Below are positions 58,884-64,000 of a stretch of 64,000 nucleotides of DNA, piece after piece; the stretch's first letter is position 1; every line of letters starts with the position of its first letter. A program made the translations under genes and the position numbers. Source of the stretch: Patescibacteria group bacterium (GTDB lineage: Bacteria; Patescibacteriota; Doudnabacteria; UBA920); contig JAMDAY010000010.1 of NCBI GenBank assembly GCA_023484515.1, positions 5,131 to 69,130 of the forward strand, given 5' to 3'. Under the pieces are notes generated by a model. The model was given only the letters and a program-made list of their open reading frames with translations. It did no database searches and was not told the DNA's origin.

Positions 58884-59437
58884 ACAAAACCATCAATTTG
58901 CTGCCGAAGTCCAGGCAGCAGGAATTAAAATACGAGTTGGTCCTGCACGGCCTGGTTATGGCCATATATTTGTCCATTGCCAGTTTTGCCCTGGTATTTT
59001 TGGTGCAAGGCGCAGCCAGGCTTTACCTGTTGCAGCAGGACAAGGTGGTGCAGGCGGAAATTGAACAGTTAAAGAAAGAAGAGAACAAAGGCGCTTACGC
59101 GGGGGTCAAGGCGCAAATCCAAACCCTCAACAATGTCATCACCGACTACAAAAATTTGGCGGAAAATTCCCCCAAATGGTCCCAAGTGCTTAAGGCGTTC
59201 GCGCCCCTGCCGCCGCCCGGGATCAAAATAAACACCATGGTCATAAACGTGTCCAAGAAAACCATAACCATTACCGGCACCAGCCTCACCCGCGAACTGG
59301 TCATTAGGCTTTATGACATTATCAGGCAGCACGACGGGGAATTTTACAATATAGATTATCCGCTGGAAAACGTGGTCAAGCCGGCCAATATTACCTTCCA
59401 TTTTACTTTTAATATCAGGGACAGCTTAATTAAATAA
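58880..59437 (+). CDS. pilN: PilN-like protein
   Basis: N-terminal INLLP motif, one TM, coiled coil. Confidence 0.85.
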   Translation: MNKTINLLPKSRQQELKYELVLHGLVMAIYLSIASFALVFLVQGAARLYLLQQDKVVQAEIEQLKKEENKGAYAGVKAQIQTLNNVITDYKNLAENSPKWSQVLKAFAPLPPPGIKINTMVINVSKKTITITGTSLTRELVIRLYDIIRQHDGEFYNIDYPLENVVKPANITFHFTFNIRDSLIK

Positions 59438-59442
59438 TTCCC

Positions 59443-59997
59443 ATGGGGACGATTTCCACAAAAAATAAAATTTTCATAGCCTTGGCCGTCTGGCTGATAG
59501 CCTGCGCCAGCATGTTCGGGTATTTTTTCAATATTTTAAGCCATTCCAACGGCATCCTCCTGAGTGATATTAAAAGCAAGAACAAGGAAAAAGAAGTGCT
59601 GGCAAACGAACAAGACAGTTATTTGACGGCAAAGAAAGACGTGGAAACTTTGAGGGGAAAGGCAGTCCAGCCTGAAGATTTTTTCAGCAAAGATGTCGCC
59701 CTGGTTGAGGAAATTAGGACTTTGGAAAATTTGGGCGAGCGGCTGGGGGTAAAGTTTTCCCTGTCAGGCATTAGCGGCACGGTGGGGAGCGCCCCCAAGG
59801 CGCCCACGGTTTCCAGCATTGCCTCCGTCCCTTACAGCCTTAGCATAAGCGGGGACTTTACCTCGGCTACGGCATTTATTGAATCACTGGAGCATTTAAG
59901 CTTTGTCACTTATCCCCGGGACCTTTCCGTGACTTCCGGGGGGTCCGGCACGGTTAACGTTTCCTTAACCGCAAATTTTTATTTGCAGAAACCTTAA
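59443..59997 (+). CDS. pilO: PilO-like protein
   Basis: TM, coiled coil, LSISGDF...FIESLE; follows pilN. Confidence 0.75.
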   Translation: MGTISTKNKIFIALAVWLIACASMFGYFFNILSHSNGILLSDIKSKNKEKEVLANEQDSYLTAKKDVETLRGKAVQPEDFFSKDVALVEEIRTLENLGERLGVKFSLSGISGTVGSAPKAPTVSSIASVPYSLSISGDFTSATAFIESLEHLSFVTYPRDLSVTSGGSGTVNVSLTANFYLQKP

Positions 59998-60002
59998 GGC
60001 TT

Positions 60003-60320
60003 ATGGAACTTTTGGAAAAATTAAAAAGTTTGCGGGTTAGGCCGTCGGGTATGACCCAAAATTACGCCGGTTTTTTGCTGGGCGCGCTGCTGCTGGTTTT
60101 ACTGGCGGCGGAAGGGATGGTAATAAAGCGCAGCATTGTTGACATAATGTCCATTGGCCAGATAGAAGGGCAAGTTAACAGGATCCAGGTGGTCAGGGTA
60201 AATTTTGACGGTTACAATTACGACCTGCAGAGGATCAAGGGCTCGGAAACCTACAGCCCGTCCCTAAAACCTTTACCTGACCCCTTTAACGCGGCGGCGG
60301 ACGTTACGGGCGGGGAATAG
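60003..60320 (+). CDS. Small single-TM protein at the pilP position
   Basis: One TM; DPF motif near the C-terminus. Confidence 0.6.
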   Translation: MELLEKLKSLRVRPSGMTQNYAGFLLGALLLVLLAAEGMVIKRSIVDIMSIGQIEGQVNRIQVVRVNFDGYNYDLQRIKGSETYSPSLKPLPDPFNAAADVTGGE

Positions 60321-60347
60321 CTTTTCCGCCAGCATGAGCGCTTATGG

Positions 60348-60383
60348 GCGCCTTCCCGTTGCGGGAAGGCGCTTGCCTTTTTG
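60348..60383 (+). terminator. Intrinsic terminator of the pil operon
   Basis: GCGCCTTCCCG-TTG-CGGGAAGGCGC followed by TTGCCTTTTT. Confidence 0.7.
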
Positions 60384-60570
60384 CCTCCCATTGGGGTCTG
60401 CTCGGAATTCTTAAATTTCGCCTTAAAAGCGCATTCGGCAACAGACCCATTGGAAAAATTCAGGCCGGTTGGATATAATATAGGTAGTTTTACATCCAGC
60501 TTAATCGGATATAGCCCTGCCGCCGGCCCCGGACCGCAGGGCTGCGGGGATTCTTCCCGCCACATTTTTT

Positions 60571-60647
60571 GACCTCGTAGCTCATTTGGATAGAGCGCTT
60601 GGCTTCGAACCAAGAGGCAGCAGGTTCAAATCCTGCCGAGGTCACCA
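60571..60647 (+). tRNA. tRNA-Arg (TCG)
   Basis: GACCTCG..TAGCTCA..GGATAGAGC, CTTGG-CTTCGAA-CCAAG, GGTTCAAATCC, CGAGGTC-ACCA. Confidence 0.96.
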
Positions 60648-60748
60648 AATGCGGCGGGGTGAAGCCTTGCCGGGCGCACTGCGAATCGCTTCCCGTCTTC
60701 ATCGGGCCGGATATGTGCCGCGGCAATAATTTCTAAAATTTGGCTAAT

Positions 60749-61186
60749 ATGGTTTATATTATTATCCCGTTCCTCGTTTGCCTCTTGACTCATTTGGTCA
60801 AATTTTTAATCAGGCTTTATCGTGGCTGCGGCTTTTCCAAGCAAAGTTTTGCCTGGTCGTTCTTTTGGGCTGGCGGCCCGCCGAGCGTGCATTTGGCAAC
60901 CTTAAGCTCCATCGCCTATTTGTTTTATCTAAAGCTGGGGGTGGGCCCCTTATTCGCCCTAACGATCATTTTGGCCGCGTTTGTTATTTATGGGTTTGTG
61001 GAAGACAGAAAGCGCCAGTTGCTTTTTGAAGGATATTTAAAAAAAAGCCAAGATCCGGCAATCCGGGCAATAGCCAGGGACGGAAAGCTGCTGGATTTTA
61101 GCGGCCACAGCATTGTTGATGTATTATTAGGCGCGGCTTTTGGTTTAGTATTTACGATTTTAATGACGCAGGTTATGCGGCTGTAA
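60749..61186 (+). CDS. Divergent PAP2-like membrane protein
   Basis: GGPPSVH, GHS..DV..G, several TMs. Confidence 0.78.
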   Translation: MVYIIIPFLVCLLTHLVKFLIRLYRGCGFSKQSFAWSFFWAGGPPSVHLATLSSIAYLFYLKLGVGPLFALTIILAAFVIYGFVEDRKRQLLFEGYLKKSQDPAIRAIARDGKLLDFSGHSIVDVLLGAAFGLVFTILMTQVMRL

Positions 61187-61257
61187 TTCAACAGGAAATT
61201 TAGTTGTAAATACACAAAAGAGAAAAAGGCACCAGACAAGCTGATACCTTTTTCCCT

Positions 61258-61333
61258 TGGTGGGTCGGGTGGGGATCGAACCCACGACCGTTTGCTTAAG
61301 AGGCAACTGCTCTACCAACTGAGCTACCGACCC
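61258..61333 (-). tRNA. tRNA-Lys (CTT)
   Basis: Reverse complement GGGTCGGTAGCTCAGTTGGTAGAGC..TTGC-CTCTTAA-GCAA..GGTTCGATCC..CCGACCCACCA. Confidence 0.96.
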
Positions 61334-61396
61334 GTTTATTCAAATTTTTTCATTACATCTGATATTTTACAATAAATTGAAAATTTTATCAAGCGC

Positions 61397-62374
61397 ATGA
61401 TTTCAATTTTTCTCGGGCCTGACGATTTTACCAAGAAGGAATATATAAAATCCCTGGCTGAAAAGCAGGGGGCGGTTTTGGAGGTTTTTAGGGACGCGGA
61501 AAACGCGCCCAGGGCGGACAAGCTGGCAGAGCGGGATTTGTTCGCCAAAAAAAAGATCCTGGTGCTGGAAAATTTGCTGTCCAAATACGCGGCGGACGAA
61601 AAAATGGCGGAAAAGCTGGCTGGCTGCCCGAATGACATTATTTTCTTGGAAGAAAAATTGGACAAGCGCAGCAGCGCCAACAAAAAAATTCTCGCAAATA
61701 AATTTGTCACAACTAAAGAATTTGCCTTGCCCCACGGCAAGAATCTGGACAAATGGATAATGGAAAAGGTTAAATTTTACCAAGGTAAAATTAATCCCAA
61801 GGCTGCGGACCTGCTGGCGCGAAAACTTGGCCGCGACGAGGCGCTGGAAACCAAATTTGGCGGCAAGGTGGCGGACGTTAAAGAAGTTTACAACCTCTGG
61901 CAGGCGGACAATGAGGTTAAAAAATTACTGGCTTTAAGCGGAGGTGGGGAAATTTTGGAAAATGATATAGAAGAATTGGTGGTGGAAAACGGGGAAGTGG
62001 ATGTATTTAAGATTATCAACGCCTTGGCTGACAACAAAAAAAACTTGGCTTTGGGCCTGGTGCAGGATTTTTTGGATTCGGGCAGCGGCGACGAAAAGGC
62101 CAAAATTATCCAGCTTAACGCCCTCATTTCCGAACAGTTCCGCAACATTTTGGCAGTGCAAGATTTATTGTCCAGGAAAGTCATGGACGAAGAGATTCTA
62201 AGCCGGACTTCCTGGAAAAGCGGCAGGCTTTATGTTATGAAAAAGAACGCGGTTAAGTTTAGCCAGGTTAAGGCAAAAGAGCTGCTTGCGAAATTGGAAC
62301 ATCTGGACGAAGAGTTAAAAACCTCGGCCACGCCGCCGCGGGTGCTGCTGGACCTGATACTGGCACAGATGTGA
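61397..62374 (+). CDS. holA: DNA polymerase III delta subunit
   Basis: Size ~325 aa; KLDKRS, NEVKKL, DVFKIINAL, DEELKTS. Confidence 0.8.
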   Translation: MISIFLGPDDFTKKEYIKSLAEKQGAVLEVFRDAENAPRADKLAERDLFAKKKILVLENLLSKYAADEKMAEKLAGCPNDIIFLEEKLDKRSSANKKILANKFVTTKEFALPHGKNLDKWIMEKVKFYQGKINPKAADLLARKLGRDEALETKFGGKVADVKEVYNLWQADNEVKKLLALSGGGEILENDIEELVVENGEVDVFKIINALADNKKNLALGLVQDFLDSGSGDEKAKIIQLNALISEQFRNILAVQDLLSRKVMDEEILSRTSWKSGRLYVMKKNAVKFSQVKAKELLAKLEHLDEELKTSATPPRVLLDLILAQM

Positions 62375-62421
62375 TTGACGTTATAAAACATGAAGGGTGC
62401 TTTCCGGGAATATATGACAGT

Positions 62422-62515
62422 GATGACGCACATCTGGGATAAGCGGTCTTTAGATTGCCGGATAAGAATTATCATCAACCAAACTTAAGGAAAATTGTTC
62501 CAGATGTGCGTTATC
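62422..62515. repeat. Inverted-repeat element with 58-bp core, copy 3 (core reversed relative to copy 2)
   Basis: Arms GATGACGCACATCTGGGA / TTCCAGATGTGCGTTATC; core matches the reverse complement of 18104-18161 at 53/58. Confidence 0.92.
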
Positions 62516-62545
62516 TCCCAAGGGAAACTTTAAGTCCCTATCCAA

Positions 62546-62573
62546 TAAAAAACCAGCCATTGGCTGGTTTTTA
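62546..62573. terminator. Bidirectional intrinsic terminator
   Basis: AAAAAACCAGCCA-T-TGGCTGGTTTTT between convergent holA and typA. Confidence 0.8.
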
Positions 62574-62580
62574 CTTAAAA

Positions 62581-64000
62581 TTATGCGTTGGTTTTTTCCC
62601 CGCGCCGGATTTTTTTGCGCTCAATGGAGGAAAGAATTTTCTTGCGGATGCGTACGGACAAAGGGGTAACTTCCACCAGTTCGTCGGGGCCAATGTATTC
62701 CAGAGCAAGATCCAAACCCATTTCCCGGGGAGGGGTTAAAATAAGGGCTTCGTCAGCGCCTTTTGAGCGCATGTTGGAAAGCTTTTTGGTTTTGCAGACA
62801 TTTATTTCCAAATCGGTATCCAAGGCGTTTTTACCAACCACCATGCCCTCGTACACTTCCACAGCCGGGCCGATAAATAAGGCGCCCCGTTCCTGGGCGT
62901 TGTTAAGCCCGTAAGCGTTGGAAACGCCGCTTTCCGCGGAAATTAAGGAGCCATGCTCGTTGCCCCGCAAGTCTATATCGTGCACCGGCTTATAAGAATT
63001 GAAGATATTATTTATAATTACCGTGCCCCTGGTGCGGGTTAAGAGCAGGTTTTTCAGGCCAATCAGCCCGCGGGTGGGGATTAAATATTCCGCATGGATT
63101 TCCCCGGAGGCGTCGGAATCCATGTGCAATAATTGCCCGCCCCGTTTTCCCAATTCCTCGATAATTACTCCCTGGTGTTCGCTGGGGACGTCAATGGTTA
63201 CGTCTTCGTAAGGCTCAAGTTTTTTTCCGTTTTCCTCGTGGTAGATTACCTCAGGCTGGCTCACTTGCAGTTCAAACCCTTCGCGCCTCATCGTTTCAAC
63301 TAAAACCGCCAAATGCAGTTCGCCGCGTCCGGAAACCAAAAACGAATCACTGCCTTGTTCCAGGCCTTCCACTTTCAAGGCCACGTTGGTTTCCAGTTCC
63401 TTAATAAGGCGGTCACGCAAATTGCGGGAAGTGACGAATTTTCCTTCGCGCCCGGCAAACGGGGAAGTGTTGACGCCAAAAGTCATCTTAATGGTCGGCG
63501 GCTCAATTTCCACGGGCGGCAAAGTTTGGGGATTTTGCGGATCGGTTAAAACGTCGCCAATATGGATGTCGTCAAAGCCGCCGATTGCTACGATATCACC
63601 AGCCACGGCTTCCGGCACATCAACTTGCTTTAAACCTTCGTACATCTGTAAAGAGGTAACGCGGGAAACGGTTCCTGTAGGGGAGGGTCTTGACCCTCCC
63701 TTATCAACGGGCGACTCAAGAGCCGTCCCTGCATTAGCCTTAATTAGCATGGCGTTTTGCGCCTGGCTGATTTTTCCGGCCTGGATTTTGCCAATTCCCA
63801 ACCGGCCTTTGTAATTGTCGTAAGCCAAAGCCAAAACCTGTAAGGCAAAAGGGTCGTCCGGCTGCACTTCGGGAGCGGGAATGTGTTGGATAATGGCTTC
63901 AAACAGGGGAGAGACGTCGGGGGATTTAAGATTTAAGATTGAAGATTTAAGATTTTCCAAATCATCATCAGCCAAACCGCGCACACCGCTGGCGTAAATA
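62581..64000 (-). CDS. typA: Translational GTPase TypA/BipA (N-terminus outside the window)
   Basis: NTSPFAGREGKFVTSR, VSGRGELHL, MRREGFE, PTRGLIG, DELVEVTP..VRIRK. Confidence 0.97.
   Translation of the reverse strand, partial: IYASGVRGLADDDLENLKSSILNLKSPDVSPLFEAIIQHIPAPEVQPDDPFALQVLALAYDNYKGRLGIGKIQAGKISQAQNAMLIKANAGTALESPVDKGGSRPSPTGTVSRVTSLQMYEGLKQVDVPEAVAGDIVAIGGFDDIHIGDVLTDPQNPQTLPPVEIEPPTIKMTFGVNTSPFAGREGKFVTSRNLRDRLIKELETNVALKVEGLEQGSDSFLVSGRGELHLAVLVETMRREGFELQVSQPEVIYHEENGKKLEPYEDVTIDVPSEHQGVIIEELGKRGGQLLHMDSDASGEIHAEYLIPTRGLIGLKNLLLTRTRGTVIINNIFNSYKPVHDIDLRGNEHGSLISAESGVSNAYGLNNAQERGALFIGPAVEVYEGMVVGKNALDTDLEINVCKTKKLSNMRSKGADEALILTPPREMGLDLALEYIGPDELVEVTPLSVRIRKKILSSIERKKIRRGEKTNA

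Noticed and set aside
62455-62739. Peptide reading through the 58-bp-core element (LPDKNYHQPNLRKIVPDVR), with several differences from copy 2 at third codon positions
   Set aside because: Too short and too few substitutions to show coding selection; TTG start without RBS, and the ORF runs antisense into typA.

Overview
Bacterial chromosomal window. Gene content and style suggest a CPR/Patescibacteria genome; this is inference, not verified. In order it holds: the metK 3' end; a PaaX/Cas2-like regulator bracketed by two perfect palindromes; a sugar-phosphate cluster (tkt, glpX, class I fba, LOG family, tal) interleaved with orphan ORFs; tRNA-Pro; a 1168-aa secreted S-layer-like protein behind a ~640-nt structured leader; TPR, MNT-HEPN toxin-antitoxin and O-antigen-ligase/TPR genes; a ~36-kb surface-glycan locus (GDP-fucose, Wzm/Wzt, pseudaminic-acid-like and amidotransferase genes, many glycosyl- and methyltransferases, initiating phosphoglycosyltransferase); a type IV pilus pilBCMNO operon; tRNA-Arg and tRNA-Lys; holA; and typA. 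No CRISPR array, integrase or transposase is visible. The most unusual signal is a layer of small repeat elements. (i) A GxxExxY gene sits between 37-bp inverted arms built of short tandem units, and a gene-less copy of the same arms lies one gene upstream. Similar 7/8/9-nt-period arrays occupy many stop-to-start junctions, precede a truncated four-helix-bundle gene, and are translated in frame inside housekeeping proteins. (ii) Perfect 36/42-bp palindromes flank the PaaX-like gene, next to a duplicated metK tail. (iii) A three-copy hairpin element has a 58-bp core found in both orientations relative to shared flanks. All counts and alignments were done by eye; no searches were run.
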